Source: Tagaea sp. (lineage in GTDB: Bacteria > Pseudomonadota > Alphaproteobacteria > CACIAM-22H2). Taken from it: 64,000 nt of DNA. The stretch covers positions 4,119,552 to 4,183,551 of the forward strand of contig OZ245864.1 in the NCBI GenBank assembly GCA_965229215.1, given 5' to 3'. Position numbers and translations under genes: made by a program. The notes beneath the pieces were generated by a model that saw only the letters and a program-made list of their open reading frames with translations, made no database searches and was not told the DNA's origin. How positions within the stretch are numbered: position 1 is the stretch's first letter; each line of letters opens with the position of its first letter. Below are positions 42,344 to 51,598 of the stretch, piece by piece.

Positions 42344-43812
42344 ACCGCGTCCAAGGGCTTTCGCGCACTACGCTCATCGGCGGTGCGGTTCTCGTCGTCG
42401 CACTTTCTTCCGTCAATCCCGATACGTCGGGTGCGCTCGCCTCGTTCGTGGCGTTCTTCGTTCTCTGGGCGGCCGCGCGCTTCGGGCTTGCCGACCATCC
42501 GCATCCGCAGTTCGGACCGGCGAACGAGCTGACATTCGCCCGCGCGACGTTCGTGTGTCTTCTAGCCGGACTGTGCGTGCAGCCCCATCTTGGCGACCAT
42601 GCGCGCTGGATGCTCGTCGCAGCCGGTGCCGGGATGCTGGCGCTTGACGGCGTGGACGGCATGCTCGCGCGCCGTCTCGGCCTCGCGTCGCCGTTCGGTG
42701 CGCGCTTCGACATGGAGACCGATTCGGCCTTCATGCTCGCCCTTGCGGTTCTTGCTGCTAGCTTCGGCGATGCGGGCGTCTGGGTCGTTGCACTCGGCCT
42801 GCCGCGCTATCTCTTCGTGCTAGCGGGCTGGCACTACCCGTTTCTGTCGGCAGCGCTGCCGCGCAGCGAGCGGCGACGGATCGTCTGTGTCATTCAAGGG
42901 ATCGCCGTGCTCGTGGCGCTCGCACCTGTCCTTGTCGCCGCACCCGTCGCGGCGGCGGGGCTCGCGATCCTGCTCTGGTCCTTTGCTGTCGACATCGTAT
43001 GGCTCTGGCGCAATGCTGCGTCGCGCGAAGCAGAACCGCTTGGGGGCCGCATCGCCGGCTGGGCCGGGCTGCTGCGCTCGCTCGTCGTCTACTACGGGAT
43101 TCCGGGTCGGGCGGCGCGATTGGACCGGTTCTACGGCCAGTTCGTTCGCGAAGGCGGGCTCGCCTTCGATGTCGGTGCCCATGTCGGGAATCGGGTCGCG
43201 AGCTGGCGGCGGTTGGGTTCGCGCGTCGTGGCGGTCGAACCGCAACCGCGCTTCGCCGATCTGCTGCGACGTATCTTCCTCGACGATCCGGCCGTGCATG
43301 TCGAAGAGGCGCTTCTCGACGAAGCACCGGGCACCGTCGCCCTCCATCTGAGCGACCGTCATCCCACGCTGGCGACGGCGAGCCCCGAGTTCATGCAGGA
43401 CATACGCGGGGCGAGCGCGTTCGATGCTGTTTCATGGAATCGTGCGATCCCGGTCGCAGCGACGACGCTCGACGCGCTGATCGGGCGCGACGGGCTGCCC
43501 GATTTCGTGAAGATCGACGTCGAAGGTGCCGAGGCGCGCGTGCTGGCCGGCCTCTCGCAGCCCGTTCCAGCACTCTCATTCGAGTATGTGCCGGCGGCCA
43601 AGATGACGGCTCTTGCCTGCGTCGACCGGCTGGCCGCGCTCGGCGACTACCGCTTCAACCGGTCAGCCGGCGAGAGCCACCGGCTCGATCTCGACGAATG
43701 GACCGATGCACGCACGATACGCGCGTGGCTCGCCGCCCTTACGCCAGACGAGAAGTCGGGCGACGTCTATGCCGAATGGCAAGGACGTCGCGATGCCCCA
43801 CGACAAGCATGA
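42340..43812 (+). CDS. CDP-alcohol phosphatidyltransferase fused to an FkbM-family methyltransferase
   Basis: N-half: ANELT, DGVDGMLAR-x8-G-ARF-D-MET-D. C-half: FDVGAHVG, VAVEP, TTLD, KIDVEGAE. Single open frame. Confidence 0.85.
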   Translation: MNRVQGLSRTTLIGGAVLVVALSSVNPDTSGALASFVAFFVLWAAARFGLADHPHPQFGPANELTFARATFVCLLAGLCVQPHLGDHARWMLVAAGAGMLALDGVDGMLARRLGLASPFGARFDMETDSAFMLALAVLAASFGDAGVWVVALGLPRYLFVLAGWHYPFLSAALPRSERRRIVCVIQGIAVLVALAPVLVAAPVAAAGLAILLWSFAVDIVWLWRNAASREAEPLGGRIAGWAGLLRSLVVYYGIPGRAARLDRFYGQFVREGGLAFDVGAHVGNRVASWRRLGSRVVAVEPQPRFADLLRRIFLDDPAVHVEEALLDEAPGTVALHLSDRHPTLATASPEFMQDIRGASAFDAVSWNRAIPVAATTLDALIGRDGLPDFVKIDVEGAEARVLAGLSQPVPALSFEYVPAAKMTALACVDRLAALGDYRFNRSAGESHRLDLDEWTDARTIRAWLAALTPDEKSGDVYAEWQGRRDAPRQA

Positions 43813-44503
43813 GTTTCCCGGCGGCGATCTGCGCATGGCGCGTGCGCAGCCAGCCGGAAAGATCGAGTGCCGGATTCTGTTCCGCTGCCGCATCGGCGAT
43901 GCCGCCGACCGTCGCGCTCAGCAGGGCCGAATCACGCAGGCGCCAATCCGTACGGACCATCGAGATCGTATAGCCAGCCGATCCCGCCAACCGGGCGAAG
44001 GCGTAAGGCGCTTCACCGCCGAGTGCGGGCCCCAATCCCTTCGTGCGGTGCTGGTGGCGTGCAAAGGCATCGAGTGTCACCTTGTCCTGCGGATGCGGCG
44101 GCGAGAATTCGTGCCGCCCGTCGACGGCAAGTTGCATCAGCATCGGCCGACCGCGTGCGCGCCGGACAAGGCGCGCGAGCCATGCGTTTCCGGCAAGATC
44201 GATCAGGGCCGTCGAGACATAGGCGTCGGCTGGAGGCAGCGCACCCATGAGCGAGCGCCGGACCTTGCATGCGCGCGGGGCCAGCGAAAGAAGCCGCGCA
44301 TCGCCGTCGACGAGCGTCCATGCGGCTCCCTTCGGCAGCAGCGGGCCGAGCCAGCCGGTCAAAGCGCCACGCCCGGCGCCCAGATCGACGATCCGCGCGT
44401 TGGGCTTGAGGATGCGTGCGAAATCCTGCGCCAGCCTGACGCTGCGCGCGGCGGCATCAGCAGGTGCGCGCAAGGCGAGCCAGTCGGGCGAGAAACCGCT
44501 CAT
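43739..44503 (-). CDS. Class I SAM-dependent methyltransferase-like protein
   Basis: FSPDWLALRAPAD start, IVDLGAGRG motif I, TALIDL, VGHRDVLA. Confidence 0.75.
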   Translation of the reverse strand: MSGFSPDWLALRAPADAAARSVRLAQDFARILKPNARIVDLGAGRGALTGWLGPLLPKGAAWTLVDGDARLLSLAPRACKVRRSLMGALPPADAYVSTALIDLAGNAWLARLVRRARGRPMLMQLAVDGRHEFSPPHPQDKVTLDAFARHQHRTKGLGPALGGEAPYAFARLAGSAGYTISMVRTDWRLRDSALLSATVGGIADAAAEQNPALDLSGWLRTRHAQIAAGKLMLVVGHRDVLAIRHRRRPTSRLA

Positions 44504-45519
44504 GTCGCCAGCCCCTCGACGGCGGCCCACAGGCCCGCGGCTTGCGTGCGCCAGTCCGGGAAGCGTAACGCCGTGGCGTTGCGCGCATGGCGCACACGCT
44601 GCGGCCCGAGCAGTCGGCGCAGCGCACGCGCGAACGCCACTGGATTGCCCGCGTGCACGAGGATCCCGACGCGCGCCGGAACGACGAGCGGGACGGCGCC
44701 GGCGCGCACGCCCGCGACCGGTAGGCCGTGCGCCAGCGCCTCGGCAAAGGCCATTCCGTAGCCTTCGTGGCGTGAGGGCAGGGCGAAGAGCGATGCGGCC
44801 GCATAGTGGCGTGCGAGGCCTGCCTGACCGCATTCGCCGGCAAGCCTGACACGTCGACCGAGGCCGAGCGCGCGGATATCGGCGCGCACGCGCGCGGCAC
44901 AGGCCGGATCGCGTCGTGTCGAACCGACACACAGGCTTCTCCAGGACAGATCGCGTAGCTTCGCGAGGGCGCGCAGCAAGGTGCGGTGATCCTTGCGCGG
45001 CGTCAGAGTCGCCACTGTCAGGATCGTCGGTGTACGGCGCCTGTCGCGGGGTCCGCGCGCCCGGTCGGTCCCCGGATCGATCGCACGCAGTCGCGCCAGA
45101 TCGAGACCCATCGCCACCAGATCGCCGACCGTTGCCCGGCTTGTCACCACGCTGCCGGCAAGCTTGCGTAGCATCGCGGCCTCGCGCGCCAGCCAGTCGC
45201 GCGAAACCGCCGGTGAAAGCCCGGTCTCGAGGCCCAGCGGATGGTGGACGAGAGCAACGGTCTTCGCGAGAGGAAGCATTTTCTCGAACGCGGGAAGTGC
45301 AAGTCCGTCGATCAGCAGCGTCTCGCCATTCGCGCGCCGGTCAAGGCACGCGCGTGCGGCGGCAATCGCGATCGGATCGATTTCGGGATAGCGGCCGGGA
45401 AGTTCCTCGAGTTTGACGCGATGCCCTGCTGCCCGCCATTCCTCGAGCATGCGCCGTGCGTAGCGGTAGCCGCCGGTCGCCTGATCGATGCGCCCCGGCA
45501 CGACCAGCCGGAGTTTCAC
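44500..45519 (-). CDS. Glycosyltransferase family 4
   Basis: TGGYRY, LVHHPL, PRK, PSRHEGYGMAFAEA (Ex7E); GTG start overlaps the PTPS stop. Confidence 0.88.
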   Translation of the reverse strand: MKLRLVVPGRIDQATGGYRYARRMLEEWRAAGHRVKLEELPGRYPEIDPIAIAAARACLDRRANGETLLIDGLALPAFEKMLPLAKTVALVHHPLGLETGLSPAVSRDWLAREAAMLRKLAGSVVTSRATVGDLVAMGLDLARLRAIDPGTDRARGPRDRRRTPTILTVATLTPRKDHRTLLRALAKLRDLSWRSLCVGSTRRDPACAARVRADIRALGLGRRVRLAGECGQAGLARHYAAASLFALPSRHEGYGMAFAEALAHGLPVAGVRAGAVPLVVPARVGILVHAGNPVAFARALRRLLGPQRVRHARNATALRFPDWRTQAAGLWAAVEGLAT

Positions 45520-45920
45520 GGCAGCGCCGCCTCGTACGCCGCCCAGGCGACGGGCGATTCGCGCAAGAGGACTTTCATGCTGGCATAGACATCGGCCGTA
45601 CCGGCCCCAAGCGAGTCGGCCGCGATCTTGCCCTTCAGCAGTTCGAAGATGAGCCCGGCGAGGAACTCGGTCGTCGTGTTCGTGCCCTTCAGCGGTTCGA
45701 CATCGTCGAGATTGCGATAATCGAGCTGGTCGAGCGCCTCGCGCAGCGTGCGGCGCATCAGGCCTATATCGACGATCAGGCCATCGGCATCGAGCCGGGT
45801 GCGGCGCAATTCCCATTCGACGACGAAGGTGGCACCGTGCACGCGCTGCGCGGGCCCGAAGATCTCGCCCTTGAAGGAATGGGCGACCATGATGTGGTCC
45901 TGGACGGTAAGGCTGTACAT
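45516..45920 (-). CDS. 6-pyruvoyl-tetrahydropterin synthase family protein, PTPS-IV type
   Basis: T-fold motifs AHS...HGATF, TTTEFL, LRESP; FGPAQ in place of the QueD CxxxHGH signature. Confidence 0.85.
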   Translation of the reverse strand: MYSLTVQDHIMVAHSFKGEIFGPAQRVHGATFVVEWELRRTRLDADGLIVDIGLMRRTLREALDQLDYRNLDDVEPLKGTNTTTEFLAGLIFELLKGKIAADSLGAGTADVYASMKVLLRESPVAWAAYEAALP

Positions 45921-45924
45921 CTGT

Positions 45925-46878
45925 TCATCCGTATGAAACGAGGGGAAGGGGCGAGGCGTCGGGCGAATTCAGGAGCCCGGCATAGTGCTGTGGCAGGTCC
46001 GCGAATTTCACCGGCGTACCGAGATCGAGGCGGAAAGCCGGATCGGCGAGCAGGCGTAGGGCGAGGTCGAGACGCTGCGCATGGCTGCGCGAGGCCCGCC
46101 GGGTGGGCGAGACGGCGCCGACTTGCGAGGCGGCCAGAGTCAGGCGCTTGGAATGGAACGCGCCACCGAGCGAGATCGGCACGACGCGCGATCCGTACCA
46201 CGACATTTCCACGACCGTCGCCTCGAAGCCGGCAAGACCGATCGCGTGGGCGAGTCCCGCGGCCGTGCCCGAGCAATGGAAGACGATGTCGCAGTCGCCG
46301 GCCATCGTGTCGGGCAGGCCAGCGCGGGCGCGGGCGGCGGCCGAGGGATCGAAGCCGGCAAGCTCGATGCCCGGTGTGGCCGCAAGCAGGCGTGTCAGAC
46401 ATAGGCCGACTGCGCCAAGGCCGACGACCGCCACGCGGTCGCCGACGCGCGGCGGATGGTCCCACAAGGCGTTGATCGCCGTTTCGAGATGCGCCGCAAG
46501 CGGTGCGGCGTCGTCGGGTACGCCGTCCGGGATCGGCCGGACGGAAGCGGATGGCACGTCGAATATGTCCTGATGGGGGTGCAGGGCAAACACGCGCGCG
46601 TCTGCGGCGTGCCCGTCACCGGCGATCACGGTGCCGACCGCGCAGTAGCCGTATTTGACCGGGAAGCCGAAATCGCCTTCCTGGAATGGTGCTCGCATCC
46701 GTGCGTGCTCGGCGGCCGGCACGGCGCCGTCGAACACTAGCCGCTCGGTTCCACGACTGATCCCCGACAGGCGCGTCCGCACGCGGACATTCCCCGGTTC
46801 AAGCGGGCCAAGCGGGCTCTCGCGCAGTTCGCAGCGCCCGGCCTCGGCGATCCACAGGGCGCGCGTGCGTTCAGCCAC
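45925..46878 (-). CDS. Medium-chain dehydrogenase/reductase superfamily protein
   Basis: SGISRGTE, FPVKYGY, HPHQ, ETAINALWD, Rossmann GLGAVG and SWYG motifs. Confidence 0.82.
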   Translation of the reverse strand: MAERTRALWIAEAGRCELRESPLGPLEPGNVRVRTRLSGISRGTERLVFDGAVPAAEHARMRAPFQEGDFGFPVKYGYCAVGTVIAGDGHAADARVFALHPHQDIFDVPSASVRPIPDGVPDDAAPLAAHLETAINALWDHPPRVGDRVAVVGLGAVGLCLTRLLAATPGIELAGFDPSAAARARAGLPDTMAGDCDIVFHCSGTAAGLAHAIGLAGFEATVVEMSWYGSRVVPISLGGAFHSKRLTLAASQVGAVSPTRRASRSHAQRLDLALRLLADPAFRLDLGTPVKFADLPQHYAGLLNSPDASPLPLVSYG

Positions 46879-47734
46879 CGAGACGGCACTCGAAAAGCGT
46901 GTCGGCGCCAAGCGCGAAACGCCGTGTGGGCGGGCGAAGCGCGTCGTCGAGCCTGTCGATCGGCGGCAACGCGATCGACGGTCGGCCCGAGCCGATCACC
47001 ATCGGCGCCACGGCAAGCTGCAACCGATCGACGCGGCCCGACGTCATGAAATGGGAGACCGTGCGCCCGCCGCCTTCGACCAAGGCCAGCCGTACGCCGC
47101 GCACGTAGAGGGCGGCGAGCAGCGCTTCGATATCCATCGCTTCGTCCTTGCGCGGGACGGTCAGCGTGTCGAGGCCGGCGGCGTCGTTGCCAGGCGCGCA
47201 GCGCGCGAGCAGTGTCGGGGTGCGGCCGTCCTTGAAGACCTTGCGGTCGGTGGGCGCCCGCCCGTCCGGATCGACGACCACGCGCAGGCGTGTGGTGCCT
47301 TCGCAGCGGCGCACGGTCAGTTGCGGATCGTCGAGCGCGACGGTCCCGGCACCGACGATGACTGCATCGGCGAGCGCGCGCATGCGATGGAGATGGAGCA
47401 GGGCCGCGTCGCAGTTCACGTAGTGCGAATGCCCGGAGAGCGTGGCGATCCGCCCGTCGAGGCTCTGGCCGAGCAATGCGACGACCATCGTACGGCTCGC
47501 CTGCGCGCGGGCGGCGACGAGCGGCAGGAAAATCTCGAACACGCTCTCGGCTTCGGGCGTGTATTTGCCGGTGCATTGCCAGCCGCCGTCGGCAGCCAGC
47601 GCCAGCGGACCCGCCCGCCCGGACGCATCGCCGGCTGCAGCAAGCTGGAGGATCAGGCGCCACGCGTCTGCTCCGTCGAGCGTGCGCGGGGCAGCGCGGA
47701 TCGTGACCGGTGTCGGGACGGTACTGTCTTGCAT
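46871..47734 (-). CDS. RibD C-terminal (pyrimidine reductase) domain protein
   Basis: GQSLDGRIA, HRMRA, VGAGTV..DDPQLTVR, VEGG and APMVIGSG motifs; no deaminase domain. Confidence 0.85.
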   Translation of the reverse strand: MQDSTVPTPVTIRAAPRTLDGADAWRLILQLAAAGDASGRAGPLALAADGGWQCTGKYTPEAESVFEIFLPLVAARAQASRTMVVALLGQSLDGRIATLSGHSHYVNCDAALLHLHRMRALADAVIVGAGTVALDDPQLTVRRCEGTTRLRVVVDPDGRAPTDRKVFKDGRTPTLLARCAPGNDAAGLDTLTVPRKDEAMDIEALLAALYVRGVRLALVEGGGRTVSHFMTSGRVDRLQLAVAPMVIGSGRPSIALPPIDRLDDALRPPTRRFALGADTLFECRLGG

Positions 47735-47750
47735 GTGCGCGGTCAGGCTA

Positions 47751-47948
47751 TCACAGGCGCTGGCCTGCGCCCCAGCGCAGCAGCCGCCCGGCGACCGGGA
47801 CCCACGCGAGGCCGGCCACCACGTAAAAGCCGATATCGGCGGCCCAATGGTCCGGCAACAGGTCGCCCAGCAGCGTCGCCAGCCAGATATAGGCAGCCAG
47901 AAAGACGATGATCGCGAGGAAGCCGAAGGCTGATCGGGTGCTTGGCAT
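47751..47948 (-). CDS. Small two-TM membrane protein, DUF2842-like
   Basis: 65 aa; FYVVAGLAWVP motif; two hydrophobic helices. Confidence 0.65.
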   Translation of the reverse strand: MPSTRSAFGFLAIIVFLAAYIWLATLLGDLLPDHWAADIGFYVVAGLAWVPVAGRLLRWGAGQRL

Positions 47949-47977
47949 CGTGCATATAAATGTTACGAATGCCACAA

Positions 47978-48808
47978 ATGTCCAGTCCGAATGGCCGCCT
48001 CGGTGAGTACTACGATCTGCTATCGCGCTATGGGGCGTTCGCGCGCCTGTTCGGGCGCGACGGCGGCCATGCCCGCGCGACCGTCCATCGCCTGCTGCGA
48101 CCTTCTGGTGAGGGCGTCCACCCGGCCGACGTCATACATATGTGCATTGCTGCACATCTCGCGGCTGCGCCCCCGTGCACCGTGCTCGATGCCGGCTGCG
48201 GCCTCGGGGGGACATCGTTCCATCTGGCCCGGGCCTTCGACGCGCAATGCGAGGGGATCACGCTTTCGCCCGCGCAGGCTGAAACGGCAACGGCAAATGC
48301 GACGCGCCTCGGCCTGTCGGATCTCTGCCGTTTCCGGGTCGCCAGCTACGACGATGTACTGCCGGCGAGGCACTATGACCTGATCGTGGCGATCGAATCG
48401 CTGGCCCATTCGATCGATCCTGCACGCAGTCTTGCCAATCTTGCGGGGGCGCTGGCGCCCGGCGGGCGCATCGTGGTCGTGGACGACGTGCGCTCGCCCG
48501 ATGCCGATCGTGCCGATACTGCCAGGTTCGTCGAAGGCTGGCAGACGCCGGGATTCCTGACGCATGCACAGTGGCTGGCGGCATTCGCGGGAGTGGGCCT
48601 GCGGCTGGCTGCGGATGAGGATCTGACCGCGCGCGTTCCGATCCGCCAGGCCGCCGTGCGCGAAGCGCTGGTGGCGCTAAACCGGCTGGCGGCGCTTGTT
48701 CCCCAAGCCGGCTGGCGCAAGGTGCTGGCCTCCCATTTCGGCGGGCTGGCGCTGGAACGGCTCTATGCGCGCGGCGGGGCGTCCTATCGCCTGTTCGTGG
48801 CGGTATAG
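47978..48808 (+). CDS. SAM-dependent methyltransferase (sterol/tocopherol MT-like)
   Basis: EYYD, VLDAGCGLGG, GITLSPAQ, AIESLAH and LAPGGRIVVVD motifs. Confidence 0.85.
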   Translation: MSSPNGRLGEYYDLLSRYGAFARLFGRDGGHARATVHRLLRPSGEGVHPADVIHMCIAAHLAAAPPCTVLDAGCGLGGTSFHLARAFDAQCEGITLSPAQAETATANATRLGLSDLCRFRVASYDDVLPARHYDLIVAIESLAHSIDPARSLANLAGALAPGGRIVVVDDVRSPDADRADTARFVEGWQTPGFLTHAQWLAAFAGVGLRLAADEDLTARVPIRQAAVREALVALNRLAALVPQAGWRKVLASHFGGLALERLYARGGASYRLFVAV

Positions 48809-48815
48809 TGCCCGC

Positions 48816-49109
48816 ATGCCGATTCGAGACTCCCGCAAGCCGACCGAATCCGCCGAAACCGTCGCGATCCGGGCCCTCGGCTGGATCGCCAGCGACGAGG
48901 AGCGGTTGGGCCGTTTCATGGGGCTTGCCGGACTCTCGGTCGACGAGCTGCGCATGCGGGCGACGGAGCCCGAGTTCCTCGGCGGCGTACTCGATTTCGT
49001 CCTTGAGAACGAGGCCCTGCTCGTCGAGTTCGCGGGCATCGCCGAACTGAAACCTGAGGCGGTTCTGCGCCTGCGACGCCAGCTTCCCGGCGCGCCCGTC
49101 TGGGAATGA
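48816..49109 (+). CDS. DUF3572 family protein
   Basis: AE.VAIRALGWI, RFMGLAGL, FLGGVLDFVL and C-terminal LPG. Confidence 0.75.
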   Translation: MPIRDSRKPTESAETVAIRALGWIASDEERLGRFMGLAGLSVDELRMRATEPEFLGGVLDFVLENEALLVEFAGIAELKPEAVLRLRRQLPGAPVWE

Positions 49110-51598
49110 AGGTCGCACTTCCCATCGACGCGGTGCTCGACGAGCTGCGCGCCGGGCTCGCCGCGAAACCCAACCTCGTTCTCGAAGCCCCGCCGGGTGC
49201 CGGCAAGACGACGAAGGTCCCGCTCGCCCTGCTCGACGCGGATTGGGCGAAGGGCAGGAAGATCCTGATCCTCGAGCCGCGGCGCATTGCCGCGCGTGCG
49301 GCGGCCCGGCGCATGGCGCAGCTGCTGGACGAGACGGTTGGCGCGACCGTGGGCTACCGCGTGCGGCTCGACAGCCGTATCGGCCCGACGACGCGTATCG
49401 AAGCTGTCACCGACGGAATCTTCGCCCGTCGCATCCAGCGTGATCCCGCACTTGAAGATGTCGCGGCCGTCATCTTCGACGAATTCCACGAGCGCGGCCT
49501 GGAGAGTGATCTGGGTCTGGCGCTCGCGCTCGACACGCAGGCGAATCTGCGCCCCGACCTGCGTATCATCGTGATGTCGGCCACGCTCGACGGTCTCGCC
49601 GTCGCGAAACTTCTGGGCGAGGCGAGCGTCGTGAGTTCGCAGGGCCGCGCCTGGCCGGTCACCGTCGAATGGCAGGAACGCCCCGAACTGCGCGACGTGG
49701 TCGATGCGACCGCCCGCACGGTTCGCCGTGCACTGGCCGCGGGATCCGGCGACGCGCTCGTGTTCCTGCCCGGCGTGGCGGAGATCCGACGCGTGGCCGA
49801 GCGGCTTGACGGGCTCGGGTCCGGCATCGACGTCATGCCGCTCTATGGCGATCTTCCGGCGGAGGCGCAAGACCGTGTGATCCGGCCCAGCGTGCCGGGG
49901 CGGCGCAAGATCGTCTTGTCGACCTCTATCGCCGAAACGTCGCTGACTATCGACGGCGTCGCCATTGTTGTAGACAGCGGCCTGAAGCGTGCACCGCGCT
50001 TCGACCCGCGCAGCGGCATGTCGCGGCTGGAAACGGTGCGGGTGAGCCAGGCTTCCGCCGAGCAACGCCGCGGCCGCGCCGGGCGCCTGGGGCCCGGCGT
50101 CTGCTGGCGCCTGTGGGGCGAAGCCGAACACCGGCAACTTGCGCTCTACGACAAACCCGAGATCGCCGAGGCGGATCTTGCACCGCTTGCACTGGAGCTG
50201 GCGGCATGGGGCATTGCCGATCCGGCGACGCTTGCCCTTCTGGATCCGCCGCCGGCCGCGGCGTTCGCACAGGCGCGCGGCCTGCTGGCCGATCTGGGGG
50301 CGCTCGATTCGTACATGCGCATCACGCCGCACGGCCGCGCGATGGCCGATCTTGCGGCCCATCCACGGCTTGCCCACATGATGCTGGCCGCTGCCGCACA
50401 GGGCCGCACGGCTCTCGCCGCCGATATCGCCGCTCTCGTCGAAGAGCGCGACATCCTGCGCGGCTGTCGCGAGACAGACATGCGTCTGCGCCTCGAGATC
50501 CTGCGTCGCGATTCCGAGACGCGCCTCCCGGCCGGCGCAAGCCTCGATAAGGGTGCGATTGCGCGCGTGCGCGAGGCGGCTCGCGTATGGCGCCGCAGGC
50601 TCGATGCTTCCGGTGGCGGCGACGGGCTTTCGGCCGCCGGTGCGGTGCTCGCGCTTGCCTATCCCGACCGGATCGGCCGGCGCCGGGGTGGAACGGCAGG
50701 CGGGTATCTGCTGTCCAACGGGCGTGGCGCGTTCTTTGCGGTGCCCGAGCCGATCGCGGCCGAAGACTGGATCGTCGCCGCCGATCTCGACGGCGGTGCG
50801 CGCGAGGCGCGCATCTTCGCGGCCCTGCCGACGACGCGCGCCGAGATCGAAGCGGATTTCGCCGCACGCATCGTGCAGGAGCGCATCGTCGAATGGGATA
50901 CTCGGACCGAGGCCATCGTCGCGGTCGAGCGCCGGCGGTTCGGCGCGCTGACGCTCGAGGAGCGCCCGGCAAAGGCATTGGACGAAGGCGAGCGGCAGGC
51001 GGCGATGATCGCCGGTGTGCGTGCGATGGGCCTTGCCTGCCTGCCCTGGACGAAGACAGCCGAGATGCTGCGCCAGCGCGTGGCCCTCCTGCGTCGCGTC
51101 GAAGGCGAGGCATGGCCCAACTGGTCGGATGCGGCCCTGCTCGCGGAACTTGAAATCTGGCTCCGACCCTTCCTCGGCAAGGCATCGCGCCGCGCGCATC
51201 TAGCCGACGTCGATCCAGGGGACGCGCTGCTTGCCAGCCTCGACTGGACGCAGCGCAAGAAGCTCGATGCGGAAGCACCCACGCATGTCGAGGTGCCGAC
51301 CGGCAACCGGATCGCGATCGACTATTCGGTCGATCCGCCTGTGCTGGCCGTGCGGCTGCAGGAGATGTTCGGCTGCCGCGATACGCCGAAGATTGCCGGT
51401 GGACGCGTGCCCGTCGTCCTTCACTTGCTCAGTCCGGCGCGCCGTCCCGTGCAGGTCACGCAGGATCTCGCGGGCTTCTGGCGCGGCACGTACAAGGATG
51501 TGAAGCGCGACCTGAAGGGCCAGTATCCCAAGCATGTCTGGCCCGACGATCCGCTCGCCGCGGCGCCCACCGCGCGCGCCAAGCCGCGGGGGACGTGA
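49106..51598 (+). CDS. hrpB: ATP-dependent helicase HrpB
   Basis: APPGAGKTT, EPRRIAAR, DEFHER, MSATL, QRRGRAGR and C-terminal LLSPARRPVQVTQDL...YPKH.WP. Confidence 0.95.
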   Translation: MKVALPIDAVLDELRAGLAAKPNLVLEAPPGAGKTTKVPLALLDADWAKGRKILILEPRRIAARAAARRMAQLLDETVGATVGYRVRLDSRIGPTTRIEAVTDGIFARRIQRDPALEDVAAVIFDEFHERGLESDLGLALALDTQANLRPDLRIIVMSATLDGLAVAKLLGEASVVSSQGRAWPVTVEWQERPELRDVVDATARTVRRALAAGSGDALVFLPGVAEIRRVAERLDGLGSGIDVMPLYGDLPAEAQDRVIRPSVPGRRKIVLSTSIAETSLTIDGVAIVVDSGLKRAPRFDPRSGMSRLETVRVSQASAEQRRGRAGRLGPGVCWRLWGEAEHRQLALYDKPEIAEADLAPLALELAAWGIADPATLALLDPPPAAAFAQARGLLADLGALDSYMRITPHGRAMADLAAHPRLAHMMLAAAAQGRTALAADIAALVEERDILRGCRETDMRLRLEILRRDSETRLPAGASLDKGAIARVREAARVWRRRLDASGGGDGLSAAGAVLALAYPDRIGRRRGGTAGGYLLSNGRGAFFAVPEPIAAEDWIVAADLDGGAREARIFAALPTTRAEIEADFAARIVQERIVEWDTRTEAIVAVERRRFGALTLEERPAKALDEGERQAAMIAGVRAMGLACLPWTKTAEMLRQRVALLRRVEGEAWPNWSDAALLAELEIWLRPFLGKASRRAHLADVDPGDALLASLDWTQRKKLDAEAPTHVEVPTGNRIAIDYSVDPPVLAVRLQEMFGCRDTPKIAGGRVPVVLHLLSPARRPVQVTQDLAGFWRGTYKDVKRDLKGQYPKHVWPDDPLAAAPTARAKPRGT

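Noticed and set aside
45516-45920. Calling this gene queD to complete the queuosine pathway
   Set aside because: It lacks the CxxxHGH QueD signature, has FGPAQ, and sits in a different operon about 29 kb from the que genes
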